From Takakia lepidozioides (lineage: Eukaryota; Plantae; Bryophyta): 64,000 nucleotides of DNA. Positions 39,001 to 50,714 of this stretch are shown here, piece after piece (position 1 is the first letter of the stretch; each line of letters begins with the position of its first letter). Below the pieces are notes generated by a model that had not been told where the DNA came from, did no database searches, and was given only the letters and a program-made list of their open reading frames with translations. The stretch spans positions 69,998,001-70,062,000 of the forward strand of contig CM060732.1 in assembly GCA_030704615.1 (NCBI GenBank), in the 5' to 3' direction. Both the position numbers and the translations under genes were made by a program.

Positions 39001-42000
39001 CCAGTCTAGGGACTTAGCCCGAAAATGGCTAAGTCCCTGGACGGCAATAGGGCCTAGAACTGGAAAACGGCGCCGAATTTCCAGTTCCGGGCCAGCCACA
39101 CTAGGGACTTAGCCCGAAAATGGCTAAGTCCCTGAACGGCAATAGGGCCTGGAACTGGAAAATGGCGCCGAATTTCCAGTTCCGGGCCAGCCAGTCTAGG
39201 GACTTTGCCATTTTCGGAGCCCTGACTGGAAATTCGGCGCCATTTTCCCTAACACCACTTAGGCCTCTAACATCCTGAAATGCCAGGACTTGAAAGAAAG
39301 GCAGCGCGTATGTACCTGTACAGAAGGCGCATTGCTGCTTTGTCCGCGTTCGGCTGGTCGGTGAACTCGTGGCTCCGGCGAGCATCTGCTATCTCCCGAA
39401 AGAATAGGTTGGTTTTGTAGAGCAGAAAGTACCTCGTCACATAGTCACGCAGGCTCTCTGCTGCAGGAGATATCTCCATCTTGAACTGATGTGCTTGTGT
39501 GTCCAGCTGCTCTTGCGCATTCGTCGTCACCTGTGGAGATTGTCCATCAGATCGCTTTCCTCAAAAAATACAATGAATCAACCCCCTACTAGAGTACAAG
39601 CCCCAAACGAAGCGTGGGGAAGTACCTGAAACCACCATGTCATGCGGTTCATCCACATGTCGAATGTGGGGTCAGAGAGTTTGTCCGGTTTGGGGAAGCT
39701 CCACATGTCCCTGGTACTTTGGGAACCATTCCAGATTTGGAGCCACCGGGTCTGTCCAACCACCCAGCATATTCGTAAGCGCCAAACACCACAAAAAGGA
39801 GTTGTTGCCACCACAATTTGGTTAAGAATGTATCACCTTTTCTGTTGCATCCACACAGGATGTGGCTAGACGATGGAGCTTCTCCAATGTCATCGTGGGC
39901 TTCAGAGCGCGAGAGTAGTGCTTTCCCACCTCCACCAGAAAGTCGGCACCAAGGGCGGGATCAGCTATGGCCACGTACTTTACCATCCGCGACTTGTACT
40001 TTATGCGGGCCCTCACCTCCGCAGCTTTGACATACGATTCGAGTTCCGGGAGGGTTGGATTCTTCTCCTCTGACTCCATGTAGAACCTCCGCGCATGTGC
40101 CAAATCCTGCTGTATTTTCGTCTGTCGAAAAGCAGCACATAAGATTAGAGATCCTGCTCAACACAATTTCTTCTATTGGGGGAGGAGAGACAAATTAGCT
40201 CAACAAAACTGCAGGAGCTTTACCCGAAATATGTAGTCCACCATGGCGTCGACGCTCAGCCTATACCAGGTTCTGTCTGCCTTTGCCTCCGACTTGCGCA
40301 GGAGGTCGGCACTGAGGGAATTGGCAAACTCTTCCACCCCCTGCCTCCCGACATCCTTCACTCGGAAGAGCATATGGGACAAGTTGGTGGCAATGAAGGC
40401 ATTCTCAGTCACCCTGCAGTGCCACATTTCCATCAAACAATACTGAAATGGGAATTTTCATCATATATGAGGATTCGCAATGAAATGACTTCCAAATTCA
40501 AAGTCCAAAAGCGAGAGGGGTTGTAGCTTACGAGTTGATGTCGGCCATTGCAGCTTTGAGAAGACTGCGATCTTTGGGCCCCGCAACCTTCAGCACAACA
40601 CAATCGACGGCGAAATGCCAATCGAGATCGTTGGGGTGGGCTTGGGCAATGTGCTCCATCCATGCCAGGAGGCGATGATTGCCGTCCCACACGTAGAACA
40701 TCTTACCGGACATGTGCTGGAAAAGAGGATCACTAGCAATCGATCTCTCGAACTCCTCATTTCGCGTTTGCCAATGGGGACCCCATTTGTCCACCTCATC
40801 GGAAGTGTGGGCACGGGAAGCTCCGTGGTCGTTCTCAATGGAAACGTAAAAGGCGGCAGACCCCATTCGATATCCATCCCGGAAAGAGAATTTCAGCTTG
40901 TCGATATCGCCTGGGAGGGCAGGTCTCACCACCTGCAATGACACCAAGCGGCAAAGGGGAATTCGAAGCTTGGCCGGGTACACCATGCCCCCCAGCACCC
41001 TGCCAATGTTGCTGTGGGTTGCCTCCAACATCTTGGCAGCGGCCAACTTCATATCCGCCTCAGACATGACGTCTGCTGCAGAGGGGTTTTCCGGCAGCCC
41101 ACCAAGACCGCCAAATCCAGCCTGTATGCTCCGGGTTTGGGGCCTGGGGATGTCCGGGAGAATGTCATCCTGGTCAGAAACATCCATGTCGTCCTCCTCA
41201 ACAGGGTCAGCCACCTGCGAAACCACCTCCAGCACTCTCGTCGTCTCTACTGCCCTCTCCCTGGCTTCACCTCGAACTTGCACAATCGGTGCTCTTTCAG
41301 GTGTTCTTTCCTCTCCTCCACTCTCCACCGTATGGGTAATTGCGGGGGCTGCACTTGCCCGCGATGGTCTAACCGGTGTGCTACTGCCTCTCTGTGGTGT
41401 CTTGTAGGGATCCACCGTCTCTGTGTGTCCCTCGCTTACATTGGCATCTGTCATTTGGGCACCCCGGGCCTCTTCAGCTGCCTTTTGTCTTTCCTCCTTG
41501 CTAGCATTCTGTCTCGTCTGTTCTTTTGCCCTCTCTTTTGCCCTCTCACGGGCTTTCTGTTTCTTACTAGGGCTAGCAACAGGGGAGCCCTCCAGGACGA
41601 CCACCTTTGATTGAGGCGAACTGACACCCTCGCGCGCACTGCTCACTCCCCCCCCGCAGCCCGTGACTGCTCTCTCGCCGGGGATTGCATGTGCTTAGCT
41701 TTCTTCTTTTTCTTTGCGTGGGCGGGCCCTACTGCATGTGCATGAACAACCTCCATTGCCGGATCTGCTGTCCTCATGTCCTCACGCCCTTCACCTGCCA
41801 TGCCGCCTGCACCAACCTCCCCAATGCCTACTCTATCGTAATCTCGTTGCAAGTCCTCCCGTCCACCAACAAAAGATTTAAGTTTGCCCTCTCGCCCCAA
41901 GTTGGGCGATTCAAACATGCGATGAGTTGGAGCTGTCGATGATACCACCAGCGTGCCGGGCTCGTCGTCACTCTGTGATTGACAAAAATCGTGAACACCA

Positions 42001-42397
42001 ACAGTGGTGCAAAAAGCAGCAGCGCAACCACCATAGCAGCAATCATGTAGCAAAAATGAAAACATAACAAGTTTAGGAAGTATGGAGAGCCATGCAACAA
42101 CAATGAAAACAAATGCAACCATTGCCTAAGAATGACATGCACAAGCAGCCTTCTCCAGAGCTGCCGGATTTGCACACGCATTGCAAACAATCTAAGGTTC
42201 AGTCAACTATCTAAAGTTCACTCATAAAGCAAAGCCAGGATGAAGATGCAGAAACAAAGCGAGGTAACGAAGCGAAAGCAAAAAAGAAATCGAACAAACC
42301 GAAAGCAGAAGTGGCTTGCCTGAGAGTACTCGGCTTCAGTTGGCGCAGGTTGTGAGCAAGACACTGGAATCTCCTGCTGGAGCTTCAGTTTGGCCAT
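36071..42397 (-). CDS. Multi-exon ParB/Srx-like domain + beta-class N4C/N6A DNA methyltransferase-like protein. Exons: 41646(or ~41972)-40532, 40413-40224, 40121-39837, 39751-39626, 39530-39316, 38421-37296, 37207-36943, 36858-36660, 36530-36071
   Basis: Eight GT-AG introns all splice in frame (3981 nt from 41646). Motifs are ParB-like FYVWDGNHRLLAW, motif IV-like CDMILLDIPDG, LLDDGGCVVV, and spliced motif X-I-II RSPAFIQTLMETCSDVQGRILDLTCGTG|ASMWAGTLSDRHVFAFE. The 5' end is tentative: ATG at 42397 with a GC donor and a 1-nt shift at the G8 run 41648-41655. Confidence 0.8.
38455..39250. repeat. Intronic tandem repeat, 8 x 95 bp (190-bp higher order), each with GGCGCCGAATTTCC
   Basis: Cores at 38499, 38594, 38689, 38784, 38879, 38974, 39069 and 39164, inside intron 38422-39315. 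Confidence 0.95.
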
Positions 42398-42704
42398 GCG
42401 AGAGATTGGCCGTCGTCCGTAGTACAGAGCTTTCAACTTCCGCCGCGGTCTGGATCTGAGGTCTCTCTCAGGAGAGCCACGCCCTTCAGGCGGCATAAGT
42501 CCCAGCCAAAAAGATCTCCTTTTTTGGGGTACATGCCTGGAATACCATGTTAAGCCAAGTATAGCATGAGATTTAGGGTACGTGTCCAGGAAGCCATGCG
42601 TCGCCAGCCCGAATAATAAGCGACGGCCGTCGACATTTATTGCCCAACTGCGCAATTAAATGTCGGATGAAGCCCTCCATGTCGGAAGAAAATAGACGAA
42701 AACA

Positions 42705-44075
42705 GTCCCGGAATTTCCCTCACGCAGGTAATTCGGAAGCGCGCGGATGGAAATCCGGCGCCGAATTTCCATCCGCGCAGGTAGGGCGGTTCGCCAAATT
42801 TCCTTCAAGCAGGTAATTCGGATGCGCGCGGATGGAAATCCGGCGCCGAATTTCCATCCGCGTAGGATGGCGGTGCGCCAAATTTCCTTCAAGCAGGTAA
42901 TTCGGATGCGCGCGGATGGAAATCCGGCGCCGAATTTCCATCCGCGCAGGTAATTCGGATGCGCGCGGATGGAAATCCGGCGCCGAATTTCCATCCGCGT
43001 AGGATGGCGGTGCGCCAAATTTCCTTCAAGCAGGTAATTCGGATGCGCGCGGATGAAAATCCGGCGCCGAATTTCCATCCGCGCAGGTAGGGCGGTGCGC
43101 CAAATTTCCTTCAAGCAGGTAATTCGGATGCGCGCGGATGGAAATCCGGCGCCGAATTTCCATCCGCGCAGGTAATTCGGATGCGCCCGGATGGAAATCC
43201 GGCGCCGAATTTCCATCCGCGCAGGTAATTCGGATGCGCCCGGATGGAAATCCAGCGCCGAATTTCCATCCGCGCAGGTAGGGCGGTGCGCCAAATTTCC
43301 TTCAAGCAGGTAATTCGGATGCGCGCGGATGGAAATCCGGCGCCGAATTTCCATCCGCGCAGGTAATTCGGATGCGCGCGGATGGAAATCCGGCGCCGAA
43401 TTTCCATCCGCGTAGGATGGCGGTGCGCCAAATTTCCTTCAAGCAGGTAATTCGGATGCGCGCGGATGGAAATCCGGCGCCGAATTTCCATCCGCGCAGG
43501 TAATTCGGATGCGCCCGGATGGAAATCCGGCGCCGAATTTCCATCCGCGCAGGTAATTCGGATGCGCCCGGATGGAAATCCGGCGCCGAATTTCCATCCG
43601 CGCAGGTAGGGCGGTGCGCCAAATTTCCTTCAAGCAGGTAATTCGGATGCGCGCGGATGGAAATCCGGCGCCGAATTTCCATCCGCGCAGGTAATTCGGA
43701 TGCGCGCGGATGGAAATCCGGCGCCGAATTTCCATCCGCGTAGGATGGCGGTGCGCCAAATTTCCTTCAAGCAGGTAATTCGGATGCGCGCGGATGGAAA
43801 TCCGGCGCCGAATTTCCATCCGCGCAGGTAATTCGGATGCGCCCGGATGGAAATCCGGCGCCGAATTTCCATCCGCGCAGGTAGGGCGGTGCGCCAAATT
43901 TCCTTCAAGCAGGTAATTCGGATGCGCGCGGATGGAAATCCGGCGCCGAATTTCCATCCGCGCAGGTAGGGCGGTTCGCCAAATTTCCTTCAAGCAGGTA
44001 ATTCGGCGCCGAATTTCCATCCTGCAGGTAAGTCGGATCGGTGCCATATGGATATTCGGCGCCGAATTTCGATTC
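42705..44075. repeat. Palindrome array A (53-bp unit with optional 31-32-bp insert, ~20 copies)
   Basis: The 38-bp near-perfect palindrome GCGCGGATGGAAATCCGGCGCCGAATTTCCATCCGCGC recurs at spacings of 53, 84/85 and 63 bp. Confidence 0.95.
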
Positions 44076-44299
44076 GCCATTTATTTCTGAGCGAGGAATT
44101 ACCTCCGTGCAGGTAATTCCCATATAAGAATTACCTTCGTGCAGGTAATTCACATACAAGAATTACCTTCATGCAGGTAATTTCCAGATGAGAATTACCT
44201 TTGTGCAGGTAATTCTGGACGAGGAATAAACATCGATTGGAATTACCTGCAGGAAGGTAATTGTCAACTGGAAATTACCTGCACAAAGGTAATTCTTGT

Positions 44300-45030
44300 A
44301 CCTGCTGGATGGAAATTCGACGCCGAATTTCCATTCATCCACGATTCGAATTACCTGCAGGATGGAAATTCGGCGCCGAATATCCATATGGCACCGATCC
44401 GACTTACCTGCTGGATGGAAATTCGGCGCCGAATTTCCATTCATCCATGATTCGAATTACCTGCAGGATGGAAATTCGGCGCCGAATATCCATATGGCAC
44501 CGATCGGACTTACCTGCTGGATGGAAATTCGGCGCCGAATTTCCATTCATCCACGATTCGAATTACCTGCAGGATGGAAATTCAGCGCCGAATATCCATA
44601 TGGCACCGATCCGACTTACCTGCTGGATGGAAATTCGGCGCCGAATTTCCATTCATCCACGATTCGAATTACCTGCAGGATGGAAATTCGGCGCCGAATA
44701 TCCATATGGCACCGATCCGACTTACCTGCTGGATGGAAATTCGGCGCCGAATTTCCATTCATCCACGATTCGAATTACCTGCAGGATGGAAATTCGGCGC
44801 CGAATATCCATATGGCACCGATCCGACTTACCTGCTGGATGGAAATTCGGCGCCGAATTTCCATTCATCCACGATTCGAATTACCTGCAGGATGGAAATT
44901 CGGCGCCGAATATCCATATGGCACCGATCCGACTTACCTGCTGGATGGAAATTCGGCGCCGAATCTCCATCCATCCGAGATTCCACTTACCTGCTGGATG
45001 GAAATTCGGCGCCGAATCTCCATCCGGGGG
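44300..45030. repeat. Palindrome array B (14 copies at exactly 53 bp; 106-bp dimer), inverted relative to array A
   Basis: Cores at 44319, 44372, 44425 ... 45008 of ATGGAAATTCGGCGCCGAATTTCCAT. Looser copies continue to ~45670. Confidence 0.95.
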
Positions 45031-45974
45031 ATGGTCTCTGTCGGAGAGGTGCCGCCTCTCCGCCGCTCTGTTGGATATTCGGTGCCGAATTTCCGTCCCG
45101 GGGGTTGAAATATGACTGCCAGGTTCCGACCTCTCCCCCCTCCCCGACTTCATTGGAACGGCCCCGAATTGAAATTCGGCGCCGTTTTCTCATCTGTGGA
45201 GGTTTTTATGTCGGCCAGTTTTCGCTCTGACACGCCGACAACACTTCCTTTGGGGGGGCCCGGATGGAAATTCGGCGCCGAATGGCCGTCCAGGGGATGT
45301 TCTCTGTCGCACACTGGCCGGCCTCTGTGCCCCAGGCGACTTCATCCGGGCGTCCCCTGTTCGATATTCGTTGCCGAATTTCCGTCCGGGGGTTGAAATG
45401 TGACAGCCAACTGCAGGCCACTCCCCCCTCCCCGACTGCATCCGAATTGCCCCGGATGAAATTCGGCGCCGTTTTTCCATCTGGGGATGTTTTTATGCCG
45501 TCCAGTTTTCGGCCTGACCCCCCGACACGACTCCCTTTGGGGGGACCGGATGGAAATTCGGCGCCGAATCTCCATCCAGAAGATGTTATCTGTCGCACAC
45601 ACTCCGGCCTCTGCGCCCGAGGCGACTTCATCCGGGCTTCCTCTGTTGGATGTTGGGTGCCGAATTTCCATTCGGGGGTAGTAATGTGACGGCACGGTGC
45701 CGGCTTATCCCCTTCAGCCGTCATCATCCGGACGGCCCCCCACTTTCTGACTGCATACCGTTGGCAGTTATTGCGCAAAGACGAGGGGCCGCATTCCGGA
45801 GACAAGGTTCATTAACACTCTGACTGTGGATTTTTGAGATAGTTGGCTCCCTGGATTTGGATCAGGCTTCGTCGCTCGGACAAATCGGCATCGCATTCAT
45901 TCCCATCGCTGCACCCCCTTCTACCAGGGAGCTTCCCCGCACGCCATCCTGGCAGTCTTGTGTGCACATCTCCC

Positions 45975-48900
45975 ATGGCGGAAAACCCGAGCGCTACAGT
46001 GTACTGCCCTCCTCACGAGCATAGAGCTTCATTTCCGTGCAGAGGGGACACCTGCCGGGTGATGGAGAAATATCTGTGCGTTCGATACCACCTGAAACCG
46101 GGGTCGGTTTTTTTGGAGGAGGAAAGGAAGGACTCAAACGGCCTTGTTGTCGAGAGTATTGTTGTGCTCCACGATGATTTCGGCGATGGCAGGGAATGGC
46201 GAGTTCCACCATCGGACAGCGTCATATACAGGGCTGTTGGGGACTTCATTTGCCCACCAAATGCACCGTCTATCCTGGCGCCTTCCACGAAACAATCCGC
46301 GAATCAGAGAGTGGGTACCTCAAAGAGAGAAGTCCGCAACGAAGTAAATCCAGAGCCGAACCCATCCATGAAGACGACCGAGAACCGGGTTGTTCACAAC
46401 CTGTCCGACTCAGACGAGGTCATGGAAGTTCCGAGGTCGTCCTGGAGATCAGGCAAGTCCTCAATGGACGTCAGTGGAGGAGGGAGTCATATTCCCAGCA
46501 CGAGCACCGCAGTTCGATCTATTCTAGAAATTCTGCGAGGGCTTCACCTGGAGGGACACCGGTCGGAGCTGGCCGGGCTGGACTACAGCAAGTTCGCAAT
46601 TAAATCGGTTACATGCCTTCCCGCCGACGTCGACGGTAATGTCTTCTTTGAGTTCCCTCCTCGGGCGGACTACTCGAGGGCGTCCGGAATGTTGACAGAT
46701 ATGGATAGAAAACATGACGGTCATCCTTGGTGCGTTACCAAAACCACCAGCATGAAGATGCTTGATGGTGTGCGGGTGCGCTACGTTGTTTGTGCGGGCG
46801 CGTTGCGGTGTTTCTCCCCAACTTGCTTCCACTTTAAATCCAGAGGTCACAGGAACGAGACCGATTGGACAGGCACAGCTCACCAACCATTTCGAGCTCA
46901 GGAGAAGGTTCCGAACTCCACATTTAAGTGTGCGCATTGCAAAGAACCACCACACTGCATGTCTGTTTGTAATGCCAAGCAGTTCTATGTGTTGCACCGT
47001 TTCCCTGACCTCACCCGAGCTTGCATACACGTTGGTTCCCATTGTCACAAATTGGCGAGGGGGAACTCGCGGGAGGCTGCCCACGAAGCAGAGCAGCTCG
47101 TTCAGGAGGAGGTTAAGTTGAGACCGGGTGCCAAACCCAAACAGATACAGCTCCAAGCCGCCCATAAGATGGCATTGGCCAGAATTATGTCGGAAGACGG
47201 CTCGGATAGAGTTCCTCTCGACGAGAAGGAAATGGAGGCATTGCTCGAGTCGGTGTCCCACGTATGTTCACCGAATGTCCGAAACCACATTGTCTCTTGC
47301 AAACAGAAAATTGGGCGTGGCTCGGATATGCACTCCATTCTGGAGGTGAAGCGACGATGTGGATATGACTACATTCATGGAAGTAGGTTTCCAGGACAAG
47401 GGACTGAGGCAGATCGTTGTTTCGTATTCAAAATGTCCACGTGTGGACCTGGCAGTGGCGTCGAACTGGTCGACAGGATGACGAGTGGGAACTTGTCAAA
47501 CAGTTGGGTCATGTTCGACCATATCAAGCGAATTACAAATCACCAGTGGGTGACAATGGGTGCACATGTCTACGACACCCACTGCAGGATGCTAATGACA
47601 ATTGCTATTTGTGAGATGAAAGGAGAGGACACACAATCGGAGATGCTTCTTTGGCAGGGAATAAACGAACAGATGGCCAAGGCGGGATTGCCCCCTCCCA
47701 ATTTCCGTGGTTTCATGGCGGACAACGCACAAGCAAATTGGGCTGCCATCCGAAGGGTGTACGGGCAAGACCCCAATGTTCCCATGGAAGGCAAGGAGAG
47801 ATCTTGTGGGTTCCACTTTCTGCAGAGCCTTTCGCAGTACACAACCAGGCTCGTGGCGCCAGATTTCAGAGAGGAGCACCGTTCCATGTGCCTTGCGTGG
47901 AAGCGCGCTCCCACCTTGGATGATGCAGAGACACAGTTTGCATGCATACGGGCTTGGTGGACATCGTCAGGTGCTGTAAGGAAATCAGACGAAGGAGCAA
48001 TGGTCAGTTGGCTAGCATGGTGGCATTATCGTTTCCTCCAGTTCGGCGACTATATGCGGGAGGTGAGTTGCACGAATTCGCGTCCCGTTGGATATTATTC
48101 TTGGCCATATTTGTAACTTGCTTGTAACCTCAACATGTGCTTGTGCAGGAAATGTGTCTCGACTCCGACACCGACATGCCCACGACAAACATGGCCGAAT
48201 CAGTGCACTCTTCCTGGCGTGCCTCCTCTGCGGCGCATCTGGTGGACATCCTCACTGCCACAACGGAGGACATTGTGAGGTCAATTATGCAGCAATGCAG
48301 GTACAACGAGTTCTTGAAAGGGAAACAGTGGGGCTTGGGGCCGGACAGGCAGGAAATGCTGATGCGGACTGCCTCCAGATCGAAGAATCCTCGGAAGTGG
48401 GCGGCGGCCTTGCGAGAGGGCCTTCGGGACACGCCATTGCTGCGAAGAGGCCAACATTTGGAAGGAGATGTTCATACCCGTCCAGTGAGACGAAGACTTG
48501 ACGAGGCACCTGGCGGAGAAGAGGATTCATGGCGAGCTGACAAGAATATTCGCACGCTCCCTCGTGGTCCGGTGATGTTGTCCGAGGAGGTCTCGTCGAG
48601 CACCGGAAGTCCTGCACGTTCAAGATCGCCATCTCCTTTGAGCACAGGGCGCGTGCCCCGGCAACATAACGAGCCATCTGTAGTAAAGCAATACAACATT
48701 CCCATTGTGGAGACAAGAGTGTCGGAGTCACAGTGGAGAATTGCGAGGACATTGCCGGCATTTCGAGGGAAGTGTTGCGCCATCCGGGTGGATACGAGAG
48801 CACGCTGTGGTGAGATGATTCGGAGGAACCCACACGGTGCTGTACCTGCACCTTGTTTCAGCGGCAGATTTTTGACTCCCACATTTGCTCACGCCACAAC

Positions 48901-49567
48901 GCAGACATTTTGGTTCTGTAGGCACGACATAATGACCTGTGTATTTGGCAAGCCCAAGTACGGGATTCAGGGAATGCCGGAGCCTCCGGGCGTCTGGCCT
49001 GTTGCACCGGGTTGCAGCCTCTCTCAGAATGAGGCGGATGCTCTATCTGCAGCAGGATTTCGAATGGTGCAACGCACAGACATCCCGGCCCACGCATTTC
49101 CAGTTCCTCAGACCCAGCCATTGCATACTGCTCGGTCCAGTAGAGACGGATTGGACAATTCTGCACATCCCACAATGCGATTCGGAAGAGTGAAGAGACG
49201 ACACCCTCCCAACAAGTTGAATGAGACTCGGATTGCCAATGCTCTTGGGATGGCTTGCACTATTCAGAGCTCCGTGGACGTACCCCCACCCGGCCTTGGG
49301 CGTGTGTATCGGATGGCAACGGCCGGCTCGGCTGTACGCGACGATGTATACACAATTACGATTGGAGTGGAGCCGACTTGCAACTGTACGGACTTCTCGT
49401 TGATGGAAGCAAAGAAGGGTTCGAAGTATTATCCGTGCAAGCATCTGTATTACATTTACCTGAAGAGGTTGAGGATGAACGTGACTATTGATGACTTTAT
49501 TCATGCACCGGCGTTGAGCGTGAACGAGCTGCACAAACTCCTTCTTAGGGATTCCAGAAATCATTGA
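45975..49567 (+). CDS. MULE-type DDE transposase with GCM-like N-terminal domain and C-terminal SWIM finger, 1168 aa; exons 45975-48062, 48149-49567
   Basis: One phase-0 GT-AG intron. Motifs are GCM-like HDGHPW...VVCAGALRC, VMFDH (D1), GFMADN (D2), CGFH (CxxH), TTNMAESVH (E) and SWIM CNC-x16-CKH. No disruptions. Confidence 0.88.
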
Positions 49568-49714
49568 TGGGGCAAACGGAATCCTCCATATGGATATTTT
49601 CAAATGCATTTTGCTGTATCAGACTTTTTTTTTGCAGTGTAATGAAATGCACCCCAAAACTCCTGGAATGAGGCAATATTCCATTCAAACTGAGATCCAA
49701 CAGAAGCAGTTCTG

Positions 49715-50090
49715 GGGCCATTTCTGGAAAAATGGCGCCGAATTTCTCTTTTTGGGGCCGAAAACTCGCTAAGTCCCAACATGCACTGGTACCTGTGTTT
49801 GGGAAAATGGCGCCGAATTTCTCTTTTTGGGGCCGAAAACTGGCTAAGTCCCAACATGCACTGGTACCGTGTCTGGAAAAATGGCGCCGAATTTCTCTTT
49901 TTTGGGCCGAAAACTGGCTAAGTCCGAACATGCACTGGAAAAATGGCGCCGAATTACCTGTCATGAGGGGACCTATAGCCGCGGAATTCGGCACCATTTT
50001 TCGCCAGAGAGACCTATTGCCGCGAAATACGTCGCCGTTTTTTCAGGTTACGGACCCTATTACCGCGAAATTCGGCGCCATATTTGCACA
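49715..50090. repeat. Subterminal GGCGCCGAATTT repeats
   Basis: Cores at 49734, 49809, 49883 and 49945, plus inverted copies near 49990-50080. Confidence 0.85.
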
Positions 50091-50714
50091 TGTCGCTAGG
50101 AATTGGCATGAGCGGAAGACAAAATATCATGAGCACAACTGTCAAAAGTGCAATTTTCCCTTCAAGGGGCCGAATAATATATTTGTTTTTTCTGACACAT
50201 TGCATTAAATTATTGTTTTTTATTGTTTTTTATTGTTTTTTATTTTCGAAATTTGTACTTCTGCTCATGAAAACCGATTGTGTTACTACTCTGCTCATGC
50301 CGCTCATGCTCATGAAATAGCAAACCTCCCACGGACCACCGGCTTACACGTGTCCAACGGAAAACGGAAGTGGTTACTTTACCACTATGACACGTCAGTT
50401 TACCATTGTGACATGTCATAAGTGGTTGGTTTACCTACGTCATTGACACGTCACAGTGGTTAATTTACCACTGTGACACGTTAGCAAACAGGTGGACCCA
50501 GACGTAAGTCGTTCAAACCACTGTCCTTAACCACTGGTGCCACGTAATGTCTTTTACCACTCACTTGTCCTAATCCACTGGTTCTTGATCGCTCTGGGGC
50601 CAGAGTGGTTTAGTGTCTTTTACCACTCAAAATGAGTGGTAAACAAAGTGGTTATTCCGCGTAAGGTGAAGTGACACCATAAGTTACGCTTCCTTCGGGA
50701 GGCGTCATACTTTA

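Larger units (their letters stand above)
35835..50328. mobile_element. 14,494-bp Mutator-like (MULE) DNA transposon carrying a ParB-like/DNA amino-methyltransferase gene
   Basis: Left end GGGGGCTGCTATTTCATGAGC matches right end (reverse complement) GAGGTTTGCTATTTCATGAGC, both followed by CATGAGC subrepeats. The perfect 8-bp TSD CCACGGAC lies at 35827-35834 and 50329-50336. Confidence 0.9.

Noticed and set aside
36071-41646. Bacterial or phage contamination as the source of the ParB-MTase
   Set aside because: The gene has eight in-frame GT-AG introns and sits inside a TIR/TSD-bounded element within plant sequence.
42705-45030. CRISPR-like appearance of regularly spaced palindromes (also 18.4-19.9 kb and 26.8-31.2 kb)
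   Set aside because: Spacers are themselves repeated rather than unique, there are no cas genes, and the context is eukaryotic.
42656-45805. Many ORFs with repeated MEIRRRIS / WKFGAEF peptides (also 38455-39112)
   Set aside because: These are translation artefacts of palindromic tandem repeats whose units (53, 95, 106 bp) are not multiples of 3 and read on both strands.
45975-49567. Zisupton/KDZ assignment (8-bp TSD, SWIM, introns)
   Set aside because: The catalytic core shows the MULE-type D..D, CxFH and TTNxxES pattern, and I saw no KDZ-type CxC clusters. An HMM check is still advisable.
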